Below, piece by piece: positions 1-9,298 of a DNA stretch of 40,454 nucleotides. The stretch is from a virus. Taxonomy: Duplodnaviria; Caudoviricetes. The DNA lies in the IMG/VR virus record IMGVR_UViG_3300015370_000028, positions 1-40,454 of that record. The stretch is one strand, 5' to 3'. The notes under the pieces are model-generated. The model had not been told where the DNA came from. It did not search any database and worked only from the letters and a program-made list of their open reading frames with translations. The position numbers and the translations under genes were made by a program. The stretch's first letter is position 1. Each line of letters begins with the position of its first letter.

Positions 1-9
1 GAGGTGAAC

Positions 10-246
10 ATGGCTGGAATACGAGTAAACAGGCAGATACTGGACAAGGCAATAATCTTGTCGGATTACAATATTATGACAATCTGCAAGAAAGCGGGAG
101 TATCAACCCAGATGCTGCATTACTATCGCACGGGGAAATACTACCCGAATGTTTTAATTGCGGTAAAGCTTTGCAAGATACTGGACTTAAAAGTAGATGA
201 GGTGTGGAATGACGAATTTGATATTGCCGAAGAAAAGAAAGTATAG
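10..246 (+). CDS. XRE/Cro-like helix-turn-helix regulator
   Basis: ICKKAGVSTQMLHYYRTGKYYPNVLIAVKLCKILD is an HTH_3-like pattern; GAGGTG at 1-6 precedes ATG at 10. Confidence 0.8.
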   Translation: MAGIRVNRQILDKAIILSDYNIMTICKKAGVSTQMLHYYRTGKYYPNVLIAVKLCKILDLKVDEVWNDEFDIAEEKKV

Positions 247-344
247 GGAGTGCGAGGATTGCGCCGAATATGCCTTACAATTTTTTGGCTGCGATAACTG
301 CAAGATTAGAAAACGAAAAGAAAAAAAGAAAGAGGGTATTTACA

Positions 345-947
345 ATGGAATTAAATAATGAAGTAGAACTTCAAAATATCGAAAGTCAGATTTCACCAGT
401 AGTAGAAAAAGCGCAAAGTTATGTTGTAGAAACTATCAAAGATGTTGATAATGCCTCTGCGTTTCTAAGAGAGATTAAGGACATGGAAAAGATAGTAGAG
501 GATAAAAGGATTACTTTTACGAAGCCACTAAACGAATCTTTAAAAAACATCAATGACACTTTTAAGAAAATGAGAGAACCGCTTGAGCAGGCAAGGAGCT
601 TGCTCACTAACAAAATTCTAACATGGAAAAGAGCGGAATCGGAAAAGGTGGCAGCAGAACAGGCAGCATGGAGAAAAATACAGGAGGCGGAAGCAGTGCT
701 TAGACGATTAAGAGACGAGCCTGAAGTGAAAGTAGAACCGATTATCGTAGCTCCCGTAGTAAATAAAATCGGCAATATGCAGACCGTAAAGAGGTGGACT
801 TATGAGGTTACGGGCTTTAGCCAATTACCGGATATTTTTAAATCTATCAATACAGTAGAAATAAATACAGCAATCAGAGCCGGCAATAGAGATATCCCAG
901 GTTTAAAGATATTCCAAAGTGAGTCTTTAGCTATTGTAAGCAGATAA
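345..947 (+). CDS. Gp157/Gam-like coiled-coil phage recombination-module protein
   Basis: Long coiled coil and C-terminal RWTYEV...INTAIRAGNRDIPGLKI; ATG at 345 follows GAGGG (ORF track start 270 lacks an RBS). Confidence 0.55.
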   Translation: MELNNEVELQNIESQISPVVEKAQSYVVETIKDVDNASAFLREIKDMEKIVEDKRITFTKPLNESLKNINDTFKKMREPLEQARSLLTNKILTWKRAESEKVAAEQAAWRKIQEAEAVLRRLRDEPEVKVEPIIVAPVVNKIGNMQTVKRWTYEVTGFSQLPDIFKSINTVEINTAIRAGNRDIPGLKIFQSESLAIVSR

Positions 948-956
948 AAGGAGGCA

Positions 957-1709
957 GTGATGAAAGTAGAAAACCAGCGTATCGTATATGATTTTTATGA
1001 AGCCGTAGAAGTATATCTAAGAAATAAAGTAGAAAATAAAGACAATGAGTATTATAGCCAAAATATTCATGTATCAAGTCTTGATAACTGTGAGCGTCAG
1101 GTAGTATATGATTATTATAAATTTCCCAGAAGGCAGAGGACGCTGGCTGAACTTATAACCTTAGATGTTGGCACTTACCTGCACACTGTTATGGACGAAG
1201 CATTGCAAGCGTCCGATAAATTTGAAGTTGTCCATAATGAATTGAAACTAACAGAGGGCTTACCTGAAATGTTTAGCGGCAGGTGCGACAATGTTATAAC
1301 TCATAAGCCCACAGGTAAAAAGATACTCCAGGACACCAAGTCAGTTAGAGCAGGTGCCTTTAAATATTTTGATAATTTAGTTAAGGAAAGTTACAAAAAA
1401 CAAATTAACACGTATCTGTACGGGCTTGAAAAAATGGGGATTGATATTGACCTGCTGCTGATAACCATATTTGACAGAGGCGGGAGCAACAGACCGCATA
1501 TAACAGAAGTTGACAGGAAACCTGCCGAAGAGATAGAAGCATTATTTGCCAAGTATTCTAAAGCTGTAATAAGATACGGGGCTGATAAAATACTGCCCCC
1601 TATGCTTGATGAATTACTGGACGCAGAAAAATATTGGCAGTGTTCGTACTGCCTATTCCAGGGGCTGACATGCCCGCAAGTAATTTCTGAAAAGAAAAAA
1701 GGAAAATAA
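957..1709 (+). CDS. Cas4-like PD-(D/E)XK exonuclease with probable Fe-S cluster
   Basis: SSLDNCERQ, GTYLH, GRCD, DTKS and QINTY motifs plus C-terminal CSYC...C (1+3 Cys arrangement). Confidence 0.8.
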   Translation: MMKVENQRIVYDFYEAVEVYLRNKVENKDNEYYSQNIHVSSLDNCERQVVYDYYKFPRRQRTLAELITLDVGTYLHTVMDEALQASDKFEVVHNELKLTEGLPEMFSGRCDNVITHKPTGKKILQDTKSVRAGAFKYFDNLVKESYKKQINTYLYGLEKMGIDIDLLLITIFDRGGSNRPHITEVDRKPAEEIEALFAKYSKAVIRYGADKILPPMLDELLDAEKYWQCSYCLFQGLTCPQVISEKKKGK

Positions 1710-1724
1710 GAGAAATGAAGGGAG

Positions 1725-2057
1725 ATGACTAAAATGAATAAATGTGATGGTTGCAAGTTTGACTGGCTGCAAATTGTTGTAAAAAATCAAACGGTAAGCC
1801 GGTATTGCAAATTGAAAAAAGATTTGGAAGAGGAAGGCAAGGAACAAATTAAACAAGCTTTAGCCAATGTAGGGTTGGAGGATATAGATAACTTAGACCC
1901 CGATGAAGATGAATATGAGGACATTCAGGAAGGGGAAGAACAAAGGAATTATCCTGATGATAGAGACGGTGCAGATGAATTAAGGGATGCACGTATAGAT
2001 TGGGATTATACACATAAGGATAAATTTTTGGATAACTACATGAAAGGAGGAAATTAA
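1725..2057 (+). CDS. hypothetical acidic protein
   Basis: RBS AAGGGAG; operon spacing; N-terminal Cys and D/E-rich body. Confidence 0.65.
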   Translation: MTKMNKCDGCKFDWLQIVVKNQTVSRYCKLKKDLEEEGKEQIKQALANVGLEDIDNLDPDEDEYEDIQEGEEQRNYPDDRDGADELRDARIDWDYTHKDKFLDNYMKGGN

Positions 2058-3193
2058 TGAGTGAAACGACTTTTGATGACGATGAATTTAAGGACGTCAA
2101 TTTTGACACGATAGAGGAAAATGACAAAGAGGTTGCTGATGTGGATATCGCCAGATACAGCCCTCCCGTATCACTTGAGCGTATAGACAAGGATACCGTG
2201 ATTGCCAACATGAAGGCACAACAGGAAATATTTGAGGCATTCCTTGAGTATGTAAAAAACACTTTAAAACCTAAAGTGGATTACTACACCATCGTAGCAG
2301 GTGCAAAGCCAAGCTTAGGGCAGACAGGCGCTGAAAAAATACTGGATTTCTTGCGAATATATCCTAAGTTTGCAGTTACCCACAGGGTGCTGTCAAAATC
2401 AGAGATAAGCTATGACGTAACCTGTAACCTGTATTCTAAGGTAGATCAGCGACAGGTGGGCAGCGGTGGCGGCTTCTGCAGCTCACAGGAAGATAACTAT
2501 TTATACGAATGGGTATATGAGAAGTACCTGCCCAAAGGCATAGACAAGAAAAACTTGGAAGTAAAGAATTTTAAGGGCAAGGACGGCAAGTGGTTTAGCA
2601 AATATAGAATGGAGCTTGCCAACCATTACAATGTTGCAAACACTGTAAAGAAAATGGGGCTAAAAAGAGCGTTTGTTGATGCAACAGTAAGAAGCACATT
2701 TGCAAGCCACATATTTACACAGGATTTGGAGGATAGTTATATAGGGACCAAGTTGGCAAGGGAAGAAACCACTCCGATAATAACGCCCAAAACGTCAAAT
2801 AAGACGTCTACAAGTCCTGTAGAGCCACGAAAAGCCAAAACTGATACAAAAACCCAAGCTACGGTAAACGAAGCCTTGAAATACCCAGACTTAGACCCCC
2901 AAATCTATGTGATGTCTGGTGGCAAGCATAAAGGTGAGCGAATGATAGACTGCCCCAGCCATTATATTGAGTGGAATATTGATACAGCTAAGAAATCCAA
3001 ATACAAACAAACATTTGAAAAAGTGCCGATGGGAGAATGGGTAAAATTCCTTGAAGTCTGCCTCAAGACACATATAGCATTAAAAGAAGCTAAAGCCGAA
3101 ACTGTTACTGATAAAGATTTAGAGCCTGAATTTGCTGATATAGAACAGGCAACGCCCGAAGAGTTAGAGAAAGAATTTGGGAAGGAGGAATAA
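2057..3193 (+). CDS. putative ssDNA-annealing recombination protein with a C-terminal GKHKG (DUF3820-like) domain
   Basis: KPSLGQTGAEK, NTVKKMGLKRAFVDA and FTQDLED motifs of a common phage recombination-module family; GGKHKGERMIDCPSHYIEW; near the exonuclease; RBS AGGAGG. Confidence 0.55.
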   Translation: MSETTFDDDEFKDVNFDTIEENDKEVADVDIARYSPPVSLERIDKDTVIANMKAQQEIFEAFLEYVKNTLKPKVDYYTIVAGAKPSLGQTGAEKILDFLRIYPKFAVTHRVLSKSEISYDVTCNLYSKVDQRQVGSGGGFCSSQEDNYLYEWVYEKYLPKGIDKKNLEVKNFKGKDGKWFSKYRMELANHYNVANTVKKMGLKRAFVDATVRSTFASHIFTQDLEDSYIGTKLAREETTPIITPKTSNKTSTSPVEPRKAKTDTKTQATVNEALKYPDLDPQIYVMSGGKHKGERMIDCPSHYIEWNIDTAKKSKYKQTFEKVPMGEWVKFLEVCLKTHIALKEAKAETVTDKDLEPEFADIEQATPEELEKEFGKEE

Positions 3194-3194
3194 T

Positions 3195-3449
3195 ATGAGA
3201 ATAAAAGAAATATTTTGTAGGCATGAATGGATTAGTGAAAGTTGTTATATGCCAAGTTGGAATGCTTATGAGTTTAGGTCAAAGTGTCTTAAATGTGGCA
3301 AAGTAACAATAGACAAAGATAATAAAAAAGAATGGACAACCAAACAAGATAAACATTATATAGGGAAACAATATATTTGGATAAATGGGGAAAAGAAAGA
3401 TTTATACGAATATGAAAACTTTAATCCCAATAATCCCGGAGGCATATAA
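3195..3449 (+). CDS. small Zn-binding hypothetical protein
   Basis: FCRHEW...CLKCG; RBS AAGGAGG before ATG 3195. Confidence 0.65.
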   Translation: MRIKEIFCRHEWISESCYMPSWNAYEFRSKCLKCGKVTIDKDNKKEWTTKQDKHYIGKQYIWINGEKKDLYEYENFNPNNPGGI

Positions 3450-4217
3450 ATGGAAGCATATAAGATAACATTTCCCGGGTGGCTATGTCAGAGGTGCGGG
3501 CATAAATGGCCCAAACTAAAGCCTGCTACACCTATAGTATGCAGCCATTGCCGCAGCCCATACTGGAAAACTAAAAGGGGTGGGGCAGTCTATCCTACGA
3601 AAATCCCCACTGAAAGCAAAATTGAAATTCCAATTCCAAAATCAGAAGAAGTGCTAATTGAAATTCCTGTTCATACAGCAAATATGTATTTCACCGATGT
3701 AAAACCTATAGAAGTAAAAAAGCTACATATATCTGATGAAGTGGTTAAACATTTTCAGGATAAGACAATATCGGTAAGCACCCCACCACATATACCCCAG
3801 AAGGATATAACGCCAGACAATGAAAACACGGTAGAGCGTGAGTGCTTTGTATGTGCGCAGGAGAGGCAGTTTGAATGTGTCAACCATGAGCTAAAGGAAG
3901 CCGCAAAGGATATATGCAACTATTGCTTTGGTGCAGCATTCTGGTTACAGAGAGATATGTTTAAGGATATCCTTGATATGCAACCGCCTGAACCAGAGAT
4001 ACAATTTGCACCTACCAAAGACCCCGACAGCAAAGAGGAATATAAAAGGGAGGCATACGCCTGCAAGCTAAAAGTTAAATATCCTGATGGCATGATAGTA
4101 TGCCCGAATAAAGATAGGGCAAGGATAGTAAAGCCAGCATGCCCGCTTTGTTGGGAGCTAGAGGAATTATGGCACGAGTTAGCCGCAGGTTACAGGGAAA
4201 GACGAGGGCTGAAATGA
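3450..4217 (+). CDS. multi-Cys Zn-ribbon hypothetical protein
   Basis: CQRCGHKW...CSHCRSPYW at the N-terminus, plus CFVC, CNYC and CPLC. Confidence 0.7.
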   Translation: MEAYKITFPGWLCQRCGHKWPKLKPATPIVCSHCRSPYWKTKRGGAVYPTKIPTESKIEIPIPKSEEVLIEIPVHTANMYFTDVKPIEVKKLHISDEVVKHFQDKTISVSTPPHIPQKDITPDNENTVERECFVCAQERQFECVNHELKEAAKDICNYCFGAAFWLQRDMFKDILDMQPPEPEIQFAPTKDPDSKEEYKREAYACKLKVKYPDGMIVCPNKDRARIVKPACPLCWELEELWHELAAGYRERRGLK

Positions 4218-4456
4218 AAAAATTAATTAAAAATCTACTTACAAAATATAACCATTGGGCTATTAAGCGAATACTTAAAAAATCAATAAGCAAACCTTGC
4301 CCATCTTTTCACATGAGAAATTTTATGGGAAATGCTTATAAGAAATATTTATTTGATTATAATATTTTAACTGAAGAAGAAAAGGAAAAGTTAAACGACC
4401 CTGAAGTTAAGGCATATTATGCTTGGGCAAAAAGAAATAAAAAAGGACAATGGTGA
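4214..4456 (+). CDS. hypothetical protein
   Basis: ATGA overlap with the upstream stop; RBS GAGGG. Confidence 0.55.
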   Translation: MKKLIKNLLTKYNHWAIKRILKKSISKPCPSFHMRNFMGNAYKKYLFDYNILTEEEKEKLNDPEVKAYYAWAKRNKKGQW

Positions 4457-4638
4457 AATTAAGCGGTCGTGTGTTAGGAAGACAATCAGGCATATTTTCT
4501 ACTTATGAAAGAAGATACTGCGACAGCTGCATTAAATATGATCCTAAAAATGGGAATTGTAGTATTTTAAAAAGAAAAGTTATGTGTCCAGAAGAAAGTA
4601 ACTGTTCCTGGTTTATGAAGAAATTGGGGGAAAAATGA
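4450..4638 (+). CDS. small Cys-rich hypothetical protein
   Basis: CDSC...C...C...C; overlaps both neighbours; RBS AAGGA. Confidence 0.6.
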   Translation: MVKLSGRVLGRQSGIFSTYERRYCDSCIKYDPKNGNCSILKRKVMCPEESNCSWFMKKLGEK

Positions 4639-4862
4639 AAGCGTGCCGGCGTTGCGGGGATTGTTGCAGCTCTGGAACTTTGCTAAATCAATGCAACGAA
4701 ATAGAGAAAAGATTATTTAAAATGATATATAGATTAATGGATAAAGACATCGAAAACACACCATGCCCTTACCTTGATTTTAAATTAGGAATGGCAATAT
4801 GCAAGATATATAATGATCGTCCTGATTTTTGCAGGGAGCATTATTGCGAGAAGGCAAAATGA
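4635..4862 (+). CDS. YkgJ-family CxxCxxCC metal-chelating protein
   Basis: CRRCGDCC...CPYL...CKIYNDRPDFCR. Confidence 0.8.
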   Translation: MKACRRCGDCCSSGTLLNQCNEIEKRLFKMIYRLMDKDIENTPCPYLDFKLGMAICKIYNDRPDFCREHYCEKAK

Positions 4863-5002
4863 GCATCGAAGTAACAGCTAAGGCAAGGATATTCAACAGC
4901 GGAAGTATATCGTTTGAACCTGATGAAGATATAACTGAAAAGCTAAGACCTTTGCGAGGTAAAAATATAATAATAACTTTTAAGGAGATAGAAAATGAGT
5001 AA
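4859..5002 (+). CDS. 47-aa hypothetical protein (not in ORF track)
   Basis: MSIEVTAKARIFNSG...; ATGA coupling with the upstream gene; fills the gap. Confidence 0.6.
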   Translation: MSIEVTAKARIFNSGSISFEPDEDITEKLRPLRGKNIIITFKEIENE

Positions 5003-5366
5003 ATTTATTAGAGTTACAGCTTTTATCTTAACAGTATTATTCCTGATCGGTGCAATCTGGTATGGGTTGGATTATAAGAACGATAAGATTAATCGCTTGC
5101 AAAACGAAATAAATATTTTATGGAATTACAAATTAAATGAGCCTTCACTTAGAGAAAAGATTGCTAAACTTGAAAATGATAATGCGAAGTTACAACAGGA
5201 GTTAGATAACTTAAATATACGCTATGCAGCTGACCAGAAATATATAGATTATGTTAATTCCCAATATCTAAAATCAATAATCTGGATAAATATAGCCGAA
5301 TTAATATTTGAAAATAATGATATTATGTTCCCGCTATACTTGGGGGACAGAGAATTAAATCAATGA
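4995..5366 (+). CDS. membrane-anchored coiled-coil protein
   Basis: N-terminal hydrophobic segment VTAFILTVLFLIGAIWYGL, then coiled coil; RBS AAGGAG. Confidence 0.7.
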   Translation: MSKFIRVTAFILTVLFLIGAIWYGLDYKNDKINRLQNEINILWNYKLNEPSLREKIAKLENDNAKLQQELDNLNIRYAADQKYIDYVNSQYLKSIIWINIAELIFENNDIMFPLYLGDRELNQ

Positions 5367-5443
5367 TAGGCAAAATCATAGTTTATATATTTTTATATTT
5401 AATCGCAATAATAGCTTTAATTTTTGGTAAAAGTAAATGTTGA
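5363..5443 (+). CDS. 26-aa single-TM peptide (not in ORF track)
   Basis: MIGKIIVYIFLYLIAIIALIFGKSKC; ATGA overlap. Confidence 0.4.
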   Translation: MIGKIIVYIFLYLIAIIALIFGKSKC

Positions 5444-5468
5444 CAAATAATTTAGTTTAGTTTAATAT
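5440..5468 (+). promoter_or_regulatory. sigma70-type promoter of the replication operon
   Basis: TTGACA (5440-5445), 17-bp spacer, TAATAT (5463-5468); TTTAG direct repeats in the spacer. Confidence 0.7.
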
Positions 5469-5495
5469 TATTTTATACATTGAAGGGAGGTATGT

Positions 5496-5684
5496 GTGTT
5501 AAAAACAGTAGCAGAAATTTGCAAAATTTATGGGGTTACTGACCCATGTGTCAGAATTTGGATTAAAAAAGGGCTGCCTTATAAGATTGAAAAAGTAGTC
5601 GGGATAAAACCCCGCATGGTTATACAAATTGAAGATGTGGAAAAATTTATGGAATTTGGGATAAAAACCTACGAGAAAGTATAA
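5496..5684 (+). CDS. excisionase/MerR-like HTH DNA-binding protein
   Basis: TVAEICKIYGVTDPCVRIWIKKGLP; RBS GGGAGG. Confidence 0.75.
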   Translation: MLKTVAEICKIYGVTDPCVRIWIKKGLPYKIEKVVGIKPRMVIQIEDVEKFMEFGIKTYEKV

Positions 5685-6464
5685 ATGGATAAATCCGAAG
5701 GATATTTTATTATATGGAGAAGTCTTTTCAAGGATACATTATGGTTAAACGGAACGCCAACACAGAAATTATTAATGGTAATATGTATCGGAAAAGCAAA
5801 TCACGAACCTGGCGAATGGCATTGGCTGGGTGAAAAGTTTACGGTAGAAAGAGGGCAATTTATAACGTCTTTAGAGAGCTTAAAAAAGAACATGGGAAAA
5901 CACATCACAACGCAAAATTTACGAAGTGCATTGAACAATTTAGAAAAGTACCATTTTTTAACAATGATAGCAACAAAGGCTGGAAGGCTTATAACTGTGC
6001 TTAATTATAACGATGGACAGTCTGTTACTAACAAAGATACTAACAAAGAGGTAACAAAGACCCAACAAAGAGGTAACAAAGAGGTAACACCTAACAATAA
6101 AGATAATAAGGATAATAAAGATAATAAAAAGATATTACACAAAAAGGGTATCAATATAAATTATGAAAAAGCTGTAGAAATTTTAAATTATTTGAATGAA
6201 AAAGCAGATAAGAAATTCACCCCAGCTGGATATGTAGGTATTATTATAAAAAAGCTAAAACAATTCCCCTTAGTTGAGGATTATAAAAAAGTTATAGATA
6301 TAAAAGTTGCTAAATGGAAAGATGTTCCAGAATGGGACGATAAATTAAGACCAGAAACTTTATTTACTTCAAAGTTTGAAAGTTATAAAAATGAAAAAAT
6401 AATTAAGGCAGAAAAAGAAAAAACATCAATAGAAAGGATACATGAACAATATAAAAGAATTTAA
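5685..6464 (+). CDS. phage replication initiator (replisome organizer) with conserved phage C-terminal domain
   Basis: GYFIIWRSL and VERGQFITSLESL in the N-domain; internal iterons; C-terminal EILNYLN...LRPETLFTSKFESY; directly upstream of DnaB. Confidence 0.8.
   Translation: MDKSEGYFIIWRSLFKDTLWLNGTPTQKLLMVICIGKANHEPGEWHWLGEKFTVERGQFITSLESLKKNMGKHITTQNLRSALNNLEKYHFLTMIATKAGRLITVLNYNDGQSVTNKDTNKEVTKTQQRGNKEVTPNNKDNKDNKDNKKILHKKGININYEKAVEILNYLNEKADKKFTPAGYVGIIIKKLKQFPLVEDYKKVIDIKVAKWKDVPEWDDKLRPETLFTSKFESYKNEKIIKAEKEKTSIERIHEQYKRI
6030..6130 (+). repeat. iterons and AT-rich tract, probable replication origin
   Basis: AACAAAGA at 6030, 6042, 6053, 6064 and 6075 (about 11-bp period), followed by three GATAATAA repeats. 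Confidence 0.75.
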
Positions 6465-7788
6465 TAGAATTGCAATAGATGGACTAAAGACTCCACTTAT
6501 ATATGACAGGGACCTTGAACTTGAAGTACTTGCCTGTATTGTGTTTAATGCAAATAATTTTTCTAAAATTATGCTGCTTGATATTGATGATTTTTACAGT
6601 TTAGAGATGAAAGAATTATTTACTGCTATTAACGGGCAATATGATGTTGATAGAATAATAAACCTACCGTCAATTTATACCACACTTAAAAGCAAAGATT
6701 GTTATTTGAGTTTATATAACAGGAATAATTATGTAATTACATCACAAGTTGATGTTAATATAAAAGGATTAAAAGAAAAAAGTAATGCCCGCAAACTCCA
6801 GGATATATCATATCAGGCTACAATAAAAGTGTCTGAAGGTGAAAATTCTACCGATATTAAAAACTGGCTTATAGGTGAAACTGAAAAAATAGATACTTTG
6901 AATAATATAAGGGAAATAACAAATGACGAGTTAGATGATAGATTTGAAAAAATGCTAAGCCAATCAAACTTATCGCCTACTACTGCAAATCTTAAAAAAT
7001 TTGATGATAAGACTGGCGGTTTTGATAAAGGAACTTTAACAGTAATAGCTGCGATACAGGGTGCTGGCAAAACAACTCTTGCAATAAATTTATTAAATCA
7101 TATATGTGGCAGTTTAAATAAAAGCGTTTTATATGTTTCTCTTGAAATGACTTTTGATACTTTGGATTTAATGTCAATTACAAACTTAACGGGAATATCA
7201 TATTTTAAAATAAAACATAGACATAAAGAAATAGAAGAGCAAGATTGGAAACGAATAAATAATGCGAGGGCAAAAATAAGCGAATATAAGTTAACCAGGA
7301 TAGGTGAGGAAGAGATAAGTACTGATATTATACGAGACAAATTAAGAGAAAAAAATATTGATGTTGTTATTATTGATTATTTGCAGAAAGTTAATTATTT
7401 AAAAAAATATAATAATGAATATGAGAGACTGACAAATATTTCAAGGGAATTAAAAACACTTGCGAATGAATTTAATATACCCATTATTGTTATTGCTTCG
7501 TTAAATAGAGAATACTCAAAAAGACCAGATAAAACTCCACAAATTAGTGATATTAGGGGATCGGGCTCGATTGAGTATGATGCCGACATGGTATTATTAT
7601 TACATAGAGAAGGTGCTTTTGGACAATATAGTGGAGAAAAGAATGTAGAAAAAGAATTTAAGTTTAAACACAATGCACAATTAATATTGGCTAAAAATAG
7701 ATTTGGTGAAAGCAATATCGTAATTGATTTATTTTTTGATGGTGAAAAATGCTTAATTAAGGAGATGGACGAATATGAACCAGAATGA
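6442..7788 (+). CDS. dnaB: replicative DNA helicase, DnaB family
   Basis: Walker A AIQGAGKT, SLEM, VVIIDYLQ, SLNR, GSGSIEYDAD, KNRFG. Confidence 0.95.
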   Translation: MNNIKEFNRIAIDGLKTPLIYDRDLELEVLACIVFNANNFSKIMLLDIDDFYSLEMKELFTAINGQYDVDRIINLPSIYTTLKSKDCYLSLYNRNNYVITSQVDVNIKGLKEKSNARKLQDISYQATIKVSEGENSTDIKNWLIGETEKIDTLNNIREITNDELDDRFEKMLSQSNLSPTTANLKKFDDKTGGFDKGTLTVIAAIQGAGKTTLAINLLNHICGSLNKSVLYVSLEMTFDTLDLMSITNLTGISYFKIKHRHKEIEEQDWKRINNARAKISEYKLTRIGEEEISTDIIRDKLREKNIDVVIIDYLQKVNYLKKYNNEYERLTNISRELKTLANEFNIPIIVIASLNREYSKRPDKTPQISDIRGSGSIEYDADMVLLLHREGAFGQYSGEKNVEKEFKFKHNAQLILAKNRFGESNIVIDLFFDGEKCLIKEMDEYEPE

Positions 7789-7940
7789 AAAAGAATATAT
7801 TACAAAAATAATACTTGATAGACAAGCATTAATAAATGCATTACCAGATAATATCAAATCTCAAATTAATAAAGTTATAAATGGAAAGGAATGATGTCCA
7901 GCAATAATATTATATTAAAAAATTGTAAAAAGGAGATGAA

Positions 7941-8222
7941 GTGAGTTTAAGTACACGTATTGATTTATGGATTAGAAAATTGCATTTTAGTTTTATAGTC
8001 AATAATGATTATGATTGCTCCAACGATAAGCCGATGTTTATATGCGAATTAAGTTATAACTTTATAATAAAATTTGGGATAGAGATTTTGAAGGTTTACA
8101 ACGACAATCATAATTGGAATGGAATAGGTATTTATAATCCTTATTTTAAAAAGTGGCAAATTAAATTAACAATCGGAAAATTTATCAAAATTTTTAATAA
8201 TGCAATAATTAATAAATTATAA
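7941..8222 (+). CDS. hypothetical protein
   Basis: RBS AAGGAG with GTG start. Confidence 0.55.
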   Translation: MSLSTRIDLWIRKLHFSFIVNNDYDCSNDKPMFICELSYNFIIKFGIEILKVYNDNHNWNGIGIYNPYFKKWQIKLTIGKFIKIFNNAIINKL

Positions 8223-8234
8223 CAAGGAGATATT

Positions 8235-8489
8235 ATGACAAATTATATTGTAAATGAAGAAGAATTAAAAAACATTTTTAATATGGGTATAAATGGGGAA
8301 GATTTTAGTTTTGATGATTTCCTCAAATCCAAACAACTAGTAGAATTGGTGGCTGAAGGAGACATAGAAGAAGTTCTTGAAGATTTTAGAAGTTGGGTAC
8401 ACGAAGAACATAATAAAATATCACACTTAGAAATTATGCAAGGCAATCTTAAAATGATTAAAGTCTTTATAGTAAGGGAGATATTATGA
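8235..8489 (+). CDS. hypothetical protein, paralog of 9044-9298
   Basis: RBS AAGGAG; aligns by eye with the 9044 product. Confidence 0.7.
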   Translation: MTNYIVNEEELKNIFNMGINGEDFSFDDFLKSKQLVELVAEGDIEEVLEDFRSWVHEEHNKISHLEIMQGNLKMIKVFIVREIL

Positions 8490-8890
8490 ATTTTACAAAA
8501 GACTACATAGAATTATGTAAGTCAGATAAAATACAAAAACTTAAATACTGGAAAGACACTGACGGAGTAATTGATTGGCTGCTTCTAAAAACAGGGGATT
8601 GGCTATATTTACCGTTAAGAGAAGAAATTTGGTGTATAGATGAAATTAAAAACTTCGGGATTGCTAATGTTTGGCTTCCAACAGGCGACCAATTAGATGA
8701 AATTATAGTGAAGATATGTAAGGAAGGAAATCATTATACAACTGGAACATCAAGTTCAAATAAATGGTTTGTCGAGGTATCATCAAAATATCATAAAGGT
8801 GAAAATCAAATTATTTTTTATGATATTAATCCTCTCATAGCTAAGCTAAAATTATTATTACAATTATTAGAGGTAAAGGATACAAAATGA
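8486..8890 (+). CDS. hypothetical protein
   Basis: RBS GGGAG; ATGA overlaps at both ends. Confidence 0.7.
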   Translation: MNFTKDYIELCKSDKIQKLKYWKDTDGVIDWLLLKTGDWLYLPLREEIWCIDEIKNFGIANVWLPTGDQLDEIIVKICKEGNHYTTGTSSSNKWFVEVSSKYHKGENQIIFYDINPLIAKLKLLLQLLEVKDTK

Positions 8891-9060
8891 AACTTATGGG
8901 CGATTATATAAATTCAACCTATTGCCGCACTTGTGGTAAGCAAATAAATTATAGGTTTTATGGCTATGAAATTAAATGTAGCCAATGTCAAACTGAATAT
9001 GAAATAAATGAAATGGGATTACATAAATTAGAAAGGATAAAAAATGGAATACATAATTGA
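8887..9060 (+). CDS. 57-aa Zn-ribbon protein (not in ORF track)
   Basis: CRTC...CSQC; ATGA overlap; RBS AAGGA. Confidence 0.65.
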   Translation: MKLMGDYINSTYCRTCGKQINYRFYGYEIKCSQCQTEYEINEMGLHKLERIKNGIHN

Positions 9061-9298
9061 TGATGAATTATTAAAAATACAAATAGCTTCTATGATTGGA
9101 GATTATAGAGGTTATGCTATTGAACAAGATATTATAAATAATGAAGTTGATAAAATTATTCTTAAATCCCTCAAACCCGTTGAGAAGATAGCAGGTGGGG
9201 AACAGGAAAAAGTTAAAAAGGATTTTACTTACTGGATAACATTTAAAAATAGTTTTAAAGAATTAGAGGTTTATGTTAAAGAAATAGGGAAGGACTGA
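9044..9298 (+). CDS. hypothetical protein, paralog of 8235-8489
   Basis: RBS AAAGGA; shared motifs with the 8235 product. Confidence 0.7.
   Translation: MEYIIDDELLKIQIASMIGDYRGYAIEQDIINNEVDKIILKSLKPVEKIAGGEQEKVKKDFTYWITFKNSFKELEVYVKEIGKD

Noticed and set aside
957-1709. Cas4-like gene as evidence of a CRISPR-Cas system
   Set aside because: No array, cas1 or cas2 seen; the context is a phage recombination module
6030-6130. Short repeats as a CRISPR array
   Set aside because: About 11-bp period with no spacers, inside the initiator gene; these are iterons
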